A DNA stretch of 64,000 nt from Octopus vulgaris. Taxonomy: Eukaryota. The DNA is taken from assembly GCA_951406725.2 (NCBI GenBank), contig OX597824.1, forward strand, positions 34,720,001-34,784,000, read 5' to 3'. The position numbers were made by a program, and so were the translations under genes. Shown here in pieces: positions 12,280 through 22,839 of the stretch; the stretch's first letter is position 1, and each line of letters starts with the position of its first letter. Under the pieces are notes generated by a model. It made no database searches, had not been told where the DNA came from, and saw only the letters and a program-made list of their open reading frames with translations.

Positions 12280-14665
12280 AGGAGGATACAGTAGCCAGAT
12301 TGACTACATCCCCACCAAACACATGGATAGATATATGCCCATAAATGCAAAATGTACAACTCAAAATAAGCTAGTGATGAGTGACCTCAGGTTTTGGGCC
12401 AGAAAGATTCTGAGATGCAATCCAGCATGGAAAAGGTGGCTGTGGGAGCTCAAGGATCCCTCAAGTAGGTAGAGATTTAGAGATGTCCTCAATGACGCCT
12501 ATGATGAGAAGGAAGGAGAGATAGAGACATATGATGTAGAGGACAACTGGAAGTTCTTAGGGGACAATCTACTAAGGGCTAGTGACATTAACAGAGCCAT
12601 AAAAGAGAAAAGACAAGCCTGGAAAGAGTGGAAAATAGGGTATGAAAAAATCTTATCAGAAAGCTAAAAAGGAGGCTAGATGCCAGGTCTATTCAGCATA
12701 AAGGAAGAGGTTTGCCAAAGTCCTACAGCATGAAGATCAGTTTTCCAGATTTCCAGACAGTGTGTCAGTGAGAATTGAGATATTGTAGGAGAGGAGTGTG
12801 TGCAGATGGATAATGGTATGCTTGCACTTAATGATGTGGACAAGAAAGAAGCATGGAAAAGTTACTATGCAAGACTGTTGAATGTAGAGAATGAATGGGA
12901 TAAAGGGAGTCTTCCTCATTTAAACCCAATAGAGAGATCTAGTGGACGGCTGTATGGTACATATTGCAATTGAAAACTTGAAAATCTGGAAAGCCCTTGG
13001 TTCATCCAGATTCTCAGCTGAGATGCTTAAAATATCCAGTCAGGTAGGATATGGGCTGGTCACCCACATAATTGATCCGGTCATTCAGGAAGTTGTAATA
13101 CCCAGTGACTGGCATAGCTCCATAATTGTTAACTGCTACAAGAGTAAGGTCAATGCACTAAATAGAAGCAATTACAGAGGCATCAAACTCCTAGATCTGG
13201 TGATGAAAATTACAGAGAGAGTTATCGCCCAATCAATTAGGAGCAGACATAGGCTAGACGAAATGCAGTTCAGCTTTGTCTGGGAAAGAAGCACTACTGA
13301 TGCTATTTTCAGTCTGGCAACTTCAAGAGAAGTACTTAGCTAAGAATAAACCATTATACTTGGAATTTGTTGATCTAGAGAAAGCCTTTGATCAAGTGCC
13401 CCACTGTGTGATGTGGTGGACTCTTATGAGGCTGATGAAAGCTGTACAGGCCATGTACAAAGGGGCTGTTAGTAAGGTGAGAATTAACCAAGAGTACAGT
13501 AAAGAATTTAGTTCAAAGGTAGGGGCTCATCAAGGCTCAATCCTTAGTCTCCTCCTTTTCATCATTGTCCTTCAGGCCATAACAGAGGAATTCAAGCCAA
13601 GCAGACCCTGGGAACTACTATATGCTGATGGTCTTGCTCTTGTAGTGGATTTCATATCAAAGCTAGATGAGAAATTCCAGGTGTGGCCTTAAAGTTAACA
13701 TAGCAAAAACTAAGGTCCTAGTAAGCAAGAATACTGACAGGATCCTGCCCAAGTCAGGTGGGTGACCCTGTTTGATTCGTAGGAAAGGCATAGGCAAGAA
13801 TTCCATATGGTGTACCCAGTATAAGCTATGGACACACAATCAGTGCAGTGGATTAATAAGAAGGTTATCAGAGAAGATAGCTTTCATATGTGGAAGATGC
13901 ACAGGATCTATAAAAACTATAGAGACTCAGGAAGTTGATTCTCTCAAATGCTCTGGTGGTTCATTAGTGGTAGGAAATCATTTCTGCTACCTAGGGGATC
14001 AAATTAATGGTGGGGGAGGATGCATGGAGTGAGTGATAGCTAGAATAAGAATAGAATTGAAGAAATTCAGAGAGCTGCTACCTCTGTTGGCCATGAAAGG
14101 TTACTGACTCCAAGTGAAAGGAAAACCATGGAGGAATTCCAACCATGTTTCATGGTTCGTTATCTCAACAGATTCTTTATAGGATCCAATGGCTAAGGAC
14201 ATCATCAAGGGGAACCACATCTGGTTTCGGCCCTTACTCCTCTACCATTGTCAACATGTGGGGCCCCTCCCCATTTTGGAGGTGTCTTCAGATCTGGTGT
14301 TGACTACATTTTTTTTTTTTCGTTTTCCTTTGGCCTTTTGTTCTTTGGTTTCAGACAGCATTTCTACATGGTAGTGAGACATAGGCCCTAAATGCAGAGG
14401 ACATGCAAAGGTTAGAAAAGAACGAGGCAAGTATGCTCCGCTGGATGTGTAGTGTTAGTGTACATGTTTAACAGAGTGCTAGTGTTCTGAGACAGAAGTT
14501 AGGCATAAGAGGAATTAGTTGCTGTGTGCAAGAGAGAAGACTGTACTGGTTTAATTATGTGATGTGGGTGGATGTCGACAGCTCCATAAAGAAGTGCTGA
14601 TCTCTCAAAGTGGATGGAACACATAGAAGTGGGAGACCCAGAAAGATGAAGGATGAAGTACTGAA
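12280..14665 (+). mobile_element. Decayed RTE-clade LINE (RT region)
   Basis: Fragments NYRGIKLLD, FVDLEKAFD, GAHQGSILS and LYADGL, with many stops and frameshifts. Confidence 0.9.
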
Positions 14666-15001
14666 GAACACCCTCAGGATGAAATCCTTTCAGGTGAAAC
14701 GTTTAGTTCAAATGAATTATATGAGAGAGAGATGTGTGTGTCAGTAATGATAGTGGATTATTGAAGTCATTGAATTTCATAGCATGAATTCCTGCAGCAA
14801 GTTGATTTTAGCTGTGTTACAACCACTTGTCAGTTATCAGACAAATCGTCTCTCTCTATATATGATGAATTGAAACTAACATCTATTGGACCAATTTAAC
14901 AATACTTTTGTTTATTGAAGTTAAATTGATATTTTTAAAAAGTATTTCCAATTTTGTCTTTGACAAAATAACAAAATTTTGATTTCTATTTTATTTCATA
15001 G

Positions 15002-15133
15002 TGACTGGTACACCATGTACAACCCCATCAACAAAACACAAAGAGAACTCTTCTAAATTAACCATATCCCTTGCTATTATTGGTGCTATGATCATTCTTG
15101 TGCTTCTTGCTCTCAGTTTTTACTGTTTCAAGC
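15002..15133 (+). CDS. IL17R: IL-17 receptor-like gene, transmembrane exon
   Basis: ttcatag acceptor and C|gtgagt donor. TM segment LTISLAIIGAMIILVLLALSFYCF followed by K/R; phase 1 to 1. Confidence 0.85.
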
Positions 15134-15529
15134 GTGAGTATGCAATCTTTGTTCAGACATATGCTCAAGTAGTATCACCAAGATTATCTGTATATCTGAT
15201 AGCTTAGCCCTGATTACATGGTCTTAAGCAGATGAGTTAAATCTCATATATAGGACACCAGTCTATTTCAGGAAATATTTCTTGTTGATGTGGTTCCTAT
15301 TTTGTCACAAATTAAATACCTAAGACCATGTTGATGTGGATTCAAGACTTACAAATGTATTTCCTATTTAGTTCTTTCAGCTTTGTAATATGATGAATTG
15401 TGGATATTTATATGAGACATTATTTATATGTATATGTTTTGATGTATGTTTGATGAAGGAAATTATTATTACTGTTTGTAAATAGTAATCCATTAAATAT
15501 CTGATGTTTGTGTTGGATTATTTAGCTTG

Positions 15530-18306
15530 TATAACTGACCTCTTGAAATCTAGTAATGTCTAGTAATGTCAAAGTATTTCCATTTGCAAAACAGTGTACA
15601 ATCCAAGAATTAACTATTATAGTGTCTAGGAAATTTGTGAATAGACTAAAGTACTACTTCTTACATGTAACAGAGATGTGATACTTTTGGATAAGCCAGT
15701 CTAAGTGGTCCACACCTCCCATATATTTGTCATACTTGGCTATGAGAAATGGCTGAGGAACAAATATTTCTTTTCTATGGCTGGTTGACCATCTTTTAGT
15801 ATTTCCAACAGGGGTGGCAGACTGATGATTGCTTGCAATTGTGAAAATGCTGTTGTCATGCCACTTCAAAACAAAGAATTCTTCCTTTTCTTCAAATTTG
15901 TAGTCATAGGATCCATGATTTTCCTTTTTCCTGGATTTGTTATCCTTCATGGGACATCTGGATGTTCTGTTTGAATATACTGTACCCATGATTCTGATTC
16001 CTAAAGTTATAACTTGAGAAAAAGTTAACATAAATTTCATGATCATTGGGGTTCTCTAAGTGATTGGTCATTGATAAAACCACTCTTGAACCTAGACTGT
16101 CATCATTCCTGGTATTGGAAGTAGGATTTTTTTTTGCTTTCCTTGATATAAATCCATTCTAAAATAGTAGCCACTAGTGGCACAACAAAGCACTCACTGC
16201 TTGAAACCAAATCTTATTGGCTTACTCTTATAAATTGTTTTAGAGAGCTTCTTCCATAGTATCTTACTATGTGTTCATCTACTGACAGCCTCTTAGAGAA
16301 TGTTCCAAACCGCTTGAACTTCTGATTCAGAGCAGCAGCTAGCAGTCTAATTTTGAATCCTTTATCCTCTTTGTAGTTTTCTGCATTTTCGTTGTCAACA
16401 AAATGAAGAAACCTTTTGATGCTTAGAAATCTGTTTCCTGGCATTATTTTTTTGAATAATCAGAGTTTCAAGGTCTTCAAACACACTTCAATAATGCCAT
16501 TCACTTGGAAATTTGTGGTGTCCTAAAACAAGTAGGATTCCAATGATATTTCTCAGACAGTTTGTAAACAGACTAAAATTAGGTACATTGTTCTGTGTGG
16601 AATAAGTGACAGATTCTCTGCAAATTTCACTTAGTAAATCCTTGTCAAAGAAAAGTTAAAAAATCTCAACTTGGCTCTTGTCAAGTACTTTATCTTTCAT
16701 TGATTTCATTCTATCATCTGCTCCATCAGCAGTTGGTGATGCAAATTTGGAAAAATCAGTCTTTTTCCAAGAGAAATCTGAGCTTTTCTTTCTTTTTCCT
16801 TTTAGTTATGTTAGTTCTTCATTATCATACCGATGAAGCTCAGCACTTTCTGGCACATCCTACAAGATAATGGTTAGATTTCTGTTCTGATCATCTAAAA
16901 TCTAATCATCTAAGTCTTCTTCATCAGTCAGTTCATTTACTGGTGGAGGAATTTCAACAATATCAATAAAGTTTTCATCACTAGGAGACTCATTTTCTTC
17001 TGCATAATTTACTGTACCATTAACTGAATAGAATGACTTGACTGAATGGTAGAAAGCCATGGGAAAACATCTGAAAATAAAATTAAAATTAGAATAATAA
17101 AGAAAGAAAAGAACAAATTTTTTTCACAGCTGTCTATACATAGAAAATGTTTTCAGCATAAAAAAAGTTTGCCTCTGCAGATTGTTTTCTCTTTTATGCA
17201 ACTTCAATAGAAAATTGAAAAAATGGAGTTCTAGTGACCATGCTCCTTATATTAGGACCAAACATTTAGAGCATGCTATATTTGAGCAAAATTACTTTCA
17301 AAGATTTTCTTAACTTTATTGGACAGTTAGAACAATTGTTTATACTATATACAAATATGGGTTGGATATAAGTACTACTTACCAAAAACTTTTTGATTGA
17401 AACTGAGTGTATCCTTTCCCTCAAGATTTTCACACCGTACTGAAAATTGAGACATCAGTGTTGACAATATACATCAGACACTAGGTGTAATATTTAAAAA
17501 ACACTCCAGTCTTGATGACTAAATATATCGCGGAAAAATACAGGTGTTGCAGAAATATGATGTTTAACCTGTCTTCTATGCTGATTATTTTTATTTTCTT
17601 TTTGTGGTTAAAATTATTTGTGAGTAACCTGCAAGTTGTTTTCAAACCAATACTCAAGAAATTATAGAAATCTGACTCGCAAGATTTTATTCAATGTTAT
17701 TTAATTCAAATTCAATAGTTTTAACTGTATTATAAATATAACAGGTGCTCTCCCTTAGTTTACTTTAAGATTTACGAGAAGGCAGGTGATAAAAGGCTTT
17801 TCCTAATTTCTTCTAAGAATTTACTTGTCTCGAAGAATGATGAGTATTAAATTTCCTGACTAATTCTTCAAACTGTTCCACAAACAATTTAGGTAAATTA
17901 CTTAAGGTTATGATGGAGAATACAGATAATGCAAAGGCGACTAAATGAGTGTGAAAAATAATTCACCACTTCAAGACATGCAGATGTGAGGACAAATTCT
18001 CCTGTAGCAGCTTAGATGTCACTAAAAATATATTGGAAATCCGGGGTTTTTATAAGCTACTTTGGAGTGTCCAGGAACTAAAATTTCTGAACAATTTTTG
18101 GTTGAAAACTAGGATGGCTTTGGTTAATATTTTCTTAGTCAATGAAAAAATCTTTGTCTAAACTTGTATTTTAGCGTCAGAAGAAAATTTCCACAGAACA
18201 AATCTAGTTGATTTCTGTTCAAAATATATCTGCTACAAAGTTTCTTACTACAGATGCGTGATCCTTCTGGGCCTAAAAAAAAAAAAGGACCATGGGCGCT
18301 AACGGG
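15530..18306 (-). mobile_element. Decayed piggyBac (PGBD-type) transposon
   Basis: ORF fragments SVDEHIVRYYGRSSLKQFIR, KWHDNS and YDKYMGGVDHLD. Probable terminus ...gggcgctaacggg|ttat (degenerate TTAA) at 18306. The left boundary is approximate. Confidence 0.85.
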
Positions 18307-19501
18307 TTATGAGAAACGATAGTTTTGTAAAATCACATTGTGAGCTTGTTTTCGTTTTATATGGTGTAACATTTAAATAGTGTTATTGTCAGGCTGCACT
18401 TAAGACTTGTTAACAGTTCACAAGGAAAATGCTGTACCTGTTAAGTATTATTAGCATTTGAATTGTTTATATAACATTTTGATAGTTTAGGAGCTAGGTG
18501 GAAAATCCACCCAAGAAAAGACAATTTTTAGCTTCAAAGAAAAAACACAGTCGCAATTAATATTCATAAAGATCTCACTGTGCAACACTGAAGAAAAGGA
18601 TGATAGTTTCAGTTATATTCTGTATTATGAGAGATAGTGAAAAAGAAAGAATAAGAGAAAAAGTGATATCCTACAATTATATATCTTTACATACATATCC
18701 ATGTATAATCAGTCAATGAGAACGGGAATTTTTTTAGGCGTGAGTAGGCAAAATATTGCTAATTTGTGGTTCAAATTTTGTAATTCCTGAAATTGAAACT
18801 GATTGCATTTATTAACATTGTTAAAATCGACCTATATATAGATTTCATATATTTCATCTTTGAAATTTTCTTTTTTTTTTCACATAAATAGTTTATGCCA
18901 AATACAGAAACCCATTGCTAGCAAATGATTTTTAAATATATCGTTCATGTTGGAGGCATTAATAAAAGCCAGTCAAGAGTAGTATATCTAATGGGGGTTC
19001 TGGGACAGATCACATGATAGGGCCCAGCCCATTTTCCACGTAGCCCCAGCTAACCTCAGGCTGCTTATACTCTGTTCGATTTTTTATTTAGACAAATGCT
19101 TGCCTTATGTATAAACAACAGTATGATTGAGTACAATTGATGCGAGTGGTTGGTCGTTGGGTGGACCAAGCGCTGCGGGAAACAGTGCATCAATAAATTG
19201 TGTGGGGTCCACCAGGCTCAGTTATGCAGGAAGCTGGGATTGGAGCCAGATATACATCTAGTGGGGGTTCTGGGACAGATCACATGATAGGGCCCGCCCC
19301 ACACCCCTGGCAGGCCCCAGCCCAATGATACACGTTTGTAATCCCAACCCTATACTATACTGAGTACCAATAGGAGCCTTATAGCTTCGCCATAGGATGG
19401 ACGACCCCTTGCCAGCCTAAGGGCTTATATTTACAGCAGGGGAGCTCGACAACCAGGGTTTACCCCAAACCCTAGAAGAGCTATAAATGACTCACCTCTG
19501 T

Positions 19502-19552
19502 GCCATTTCGGCCTGTAAGGCCTCATCAGAACACCTGGCAGGTATTAATGGC
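19502..19552 (-). ncRNA. Type III hammerhead ribozyme
   Basis: The minus strand reads GCCA-UU-AAUACCU-GCC-AGGUGUU-CUGAUGA-GGCCU-UAC-AGGCC-GAAA-UGGC. All three stems pair and the core is canonical. Confidence 0.85.
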
Positions 19553-19669
19553 TCCTGGTAGTGTCAGTGTGCCTGAACCCATTCCATTACATGAATAGGC
19601 CATCAATTGGGAGCAATCAGAGTTCCACATATAGGACTGTTGAGATTAACAGCCGAAAGACTGAGGCAT

Positions 19670-19941
19670 TTACTCATCCTCACCATCTGTCCCTTCCTCT
19701 ACCACAGACTCTAGCCTTTGAATGTCCTCCTTGACCAGCTGTATTTGAGCTTCCGTGGTTTCTAAGTCCATTGCTATTTTTTCAGCCTCTCTCTCTGTTT
19801 TCTCCTTTACTGTAGATGTCTTGTTCATTCAATCAGTTTTCTGGCCAATTCCGGACGTGCTTTGCCTTTAGACACGTTTGTTTCTTTGACTATTTGCTCC
19901 AAAAACGAGAAAACTCTCTTTTTTGGTCTGTCTACATCCAT
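19670..19941 (-). pseudogene. Decayed small coiled-coil ORF of the viral element
   Basis: MDVDRPKKRVFSFLEQIVKE... then, after stops and a frameshift, EAEKIAMDLETTEAQIQLVKEDIQRLESVVEE*. Confidence 0.4.
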
Positions 19942-20436
19942 TTTTGTCATGCTATGATATTCCTGTCACGCTGATAGAAACTTGTCACGGTCTAGGAGGT
20001 GTGACAACTAATTTACAGCTTATATAAACCGACAGACTTAACAGCCCTTAACACCACTTAGCACCACTTAACAGCACTTAGCACCACTTAACAGCCCTTT
20101 TTGCTATCCATAGCTATGTATATTCCGATACATTCTAGAAGGCTGATGCAGCTATGTGAAATGCTTGTGGTTTTTCACAGTGGGACAGGAAGTAAATAAT
20201 AGCACAAGGCAGAATGTAAACATGACGTAGTCATAGCACATGGCTGAACCAGGAAGTAAACATGACGATGTCATAACAGCAGTATGGTGGCCCAAAGGGA
20301 ACATAAATAAAAAAGTGGCTGAATGCTGTGATAGTTACAGAGTAATGGTGTATGGAAGCAGGCTGTGTGGTGCTCTTTTTGGCCTCATAAAGCAGATTAT
20401 GGTGCAACCAACTTCTTTATGAAACTGGCCCTGACC

Positions 20437-21087
20437 TCATCCCAGCCTCTCTGAATAAGCGAGTTTTTTTATCTCTTCATCCAACACCAGAGGTTTGACT
20501 GAAGCATGTACTTTTTTAGCTCCAGCCTGGATCTCTGCCTTAATCTGGTCATACTTGTTGAGCTCATCAAGAATGAGGCGAAACTCTTCATCTGAGATTC
20601 GACCATCCATGAGTGCACTCGAGACATGGTCTGCGATGGTATTCAGCTTGCTCTCTGCCAGGAGTCTGACCTCGTTATGCTTTTTGGCTTTGACTGTGAG
20701 ACGGTGGCCAACAAACTTGCCTATTACTCCAAGGCTGCCACATGCCAGGGCCGCAATTTCAAGGCCCAAGACTACTGGGGCCACAATAATGGTAGACAGA
20801 AGGCCCACACCACCGATGCCCATCCCCAACACTGTGTCAATGCCATCGACAACATTGACCCCATGGCAGTATTTTTTGTACAGTTGACCCCGTTTGTCCC
20901 TCTCGTCTTCAAGTCGTTCTTTTTCCAGTTGTGAGACCTCTTGAAGCGAGTGGGATTGTGCAGTATCAATGAGATAAGGCAGATGTGGATAAAGTGTTGG
21001 CGTATAACTTAGTGTGATGTATGCCTTGCCAGCAGATTCGCTGTTAACTGATGTGCTATCAGCTGGTGGAGCAGTTGCTTGCTTCAT
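20437..21087 (-). CDS. Polinton/adintovirus-type hydrophobic membrane-active protein (216 aa)
   Basis: Open frame with ATAPP and LYPHL motifs, an amphipathic helix, a Gly-rich double hydrophobic segment (GIGGVGLLSTIIVAPVVLGLEIAALACGSLGVIG) and a C-terminal KKHNEVRLLAESKLNTI...ISDEEF block recalled from Polinton-like viruses. Confidence 0.65.
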   Translation of the reverse strand: MKQATAPPADSTSVNSESAGKAYITLSYTPTLYPHLPYLIDTAQSHSLQEVSQLEKERLEDERDKRGQLYKKYCHGVNVVDGIDTVLGMGIGGVGLLSTIIVAPVVLGLEIAALACGSLGVIGKFVGHRLTVKAKKHNEVRLLAESKLNTIADHVSSALMDGRISDEEFRLILDELNKYDQIKAEIQAGAKKVHASVKPLVLDEEIKKLAYSERLG

Positions 21088-21113
21088 GATGTTATGGAGT
21101 AACTATGGCAAAG

Positions 21114-21520
21114 CTACAGGTCGAGTTCAATTAAAACGCAGTGAGGACATCAGCGTTGGTCGTAGCTGACCTGAAGCTTACTCGGTCGCATTGGGCAAGC
21201 TCTAGTGGGGTCCCAAATGTATTAGTACCAGAGTATTGGTCTGAGGTTACCCCATATGATGTATGTTATCCCGTTAACCACAATATTGACCGTTGCTATG
21301 GTGCCCGGGGAAGTGGTAACTCTGGTTACAGTTAGTCGCATTCGGTGAACCCTGCCTGCAGCCATCATGTTGTAGCCATGCATTGGCAGATTGGCACCAG
21401 CACCGAATGACCATTCATATTGGCCCGTTCCAAGAGTGCCACTTCGTTCAGCCCACATGGTTATGAGAGGCTTCCGGCTATCGACATACCTTTTTGTGGC
21501 TACATCGTGTTCATCAACTG
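21114..21520 (-). pseudogene. Fibre/spike-like virion protein, C-terminal part
   Basis: DVATKRYVD motif (DxATKxYVD, common in viral fibres) followed by a beta-rich domain (QYEWSFGAG...). It continues after a frameshift to LIELDL*. The 5' part is deleted. Confidence 0.55.
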
Positions 21521-22418
21521 GAACGTCACCAAACTTCAAGTGAGTGCTGGGGACGGTGTCTCAGGTGGAGCTGACGGTGCCATTGTAGAAGCCTATGGCA
21601 ACCACTTCTACATTTCCCTCGACTTCAAGCTTCTAGAGAGCCATATGCCCTTCTACCAGTCAGCACTTGGTGATAGGCTCGAGTAGGAGTTGACATTTAA
21701 CGACTACTCCCTCATGGTCCAGGCCACTGGAGACGCTAACCCCAGTTACTCCATTGAAAACATCTGCCTGGAGTATGACATGGTCACACTGCCTGAACTG
21801 GCAAGGATGATCCACAACCAGTACAGTGGCTGCCTGGCCATCCTGTACGACCGTGTACTGCGGTACCGCAAAATTGCAACCAACAAGAGCAACACTTTGT
21901 GGAACGTTAACCTGAACATGCCTGCTCGCTCGATGAAGGGCATTCTGTTGTTGTTTGAGGATGTTGCTGTGCATCAAGCCTTTCAGCGGGGCACCAAGGC
22001 CTTCTACAACCCCAAGATAACCAACGTAGAAGTTACCATTGAGGGGGTCCCCAACAAGCTGTACAGCCAAGGCCTGCATGCATACCAGCAGTGGGTCGAA
22101 GCAAAGATGTTCTTTGCCGCTGGCTGCAAGTGACATCTCAAGGTGGCCATGGTCGTGAAAGACCTTGCTCTTAAAGACATGTCTTTGGGGTAGTTCTTGA
22201 CCTCCAAGTTCACCCTCTGGCATGACCTCCACACCACGGACAATGACCAGCTCCATGGCAGTGGCCGGCGTATTGAGAATGCCAGCGAGGGTGTGACCAT
22301 CCAGATTCTGAAAGCGGTAGAGGCCGTGGGTGCATTGAACATCTACCTGTACATCATTATGGGCACACAGCTCAACATCGAAGATGGCCGATTCGTCTCA
22401 GTGTGCAACTTATACTGA
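21518..22418 (+). pseudogene. Polinton-type (double jelly-roll) major capsid protein, C-terminal part
   Basis: One frame with three nonsense codons (21684, 22131, 22191): YGNHFYISLDFKLLESHMPFYQSALGDRLE*ELTFNDY...LYDRVLR...FYNPKITNVEVTIEGVPNKLYSQG...LHGSGRRIENASEGVTIQI...QLNIEDGRFVS. Confidence 0.75.
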
Positions 22419-22424
22419 TACTTC

Positions 22425-22555
22425 GTATCATCAACTCTTTCCACCGGGCCCCCACTCTGCAATTATTTGTGGAATGACCGGGTGTGGGAAAACGGTCTTC
22501 ACGCTGGACCTCCTGGAGGGCCCCTATCGTAGTTTCTTTCGGCACATTGTGTGGA
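22425..22555 (+). pseudogene. A32/FtsK-like packaging ATPase, N-terminal fragment
   Basis: PHSAIICGMTGCGKTVFTLDLL (Walker A GxxGxGKT) directly downstream of the capsid gene; truncated. Confidence 0.75.
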
Positions 22556-22839
22556 TAATGTTTGAAATTTAGTTAGATTCATTTGTGTCATTTAAATAGC
22601 AGAGAACCCCAGTCGCCACAACCTCCAGTGTTTGCAAATAACAGCAGAGCAGAGACATTCTCTATCAAAAAACTATACTGAGCTGTAGTTCAAAATTCGG
22701 TGATTAATTTTTATCATTCCATAGTGATCTTATAACAGTTGTGTATAGTAAATTATTATATTCATCTTCTGTTTCTTCATAAAAAACTATTTGGAACTAG
22801 CAAAGGTTAAGTGAATGCAATCAAATGAAATGTAAATAT

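Larger units (their letters stand above)
18978..22555. mobile_element. Polinton/Maverick (adintovirus-like) endogenous viral element, internally deleted and truncated
   Basis: Intronless island more GC-rich than its flanks, starting AGTAGT (Polinton-type terminus). Contains sub-terminal direct repeats, a capsid-like ORF, a Walker A ATPase, a fibre-like ORF and a hydrophobic ORF. Confidence 0.8.

Noticed and set aside
19379-19486. Assignment of the structured RNA to the hairpin, pistol, twister or HDV ribozyme classes
   Set aside because: Only partial motif resemblance (tatatttac; taaata..taagccc; cgaa); the required stems and pseudoknots are not present.
21660-22342. Minus-strand ORFs of 198 and 112 aa over the capsid gene
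   Set aside because: Antisense shadows of the plus-strand capsid frame with no recognisable motifs.
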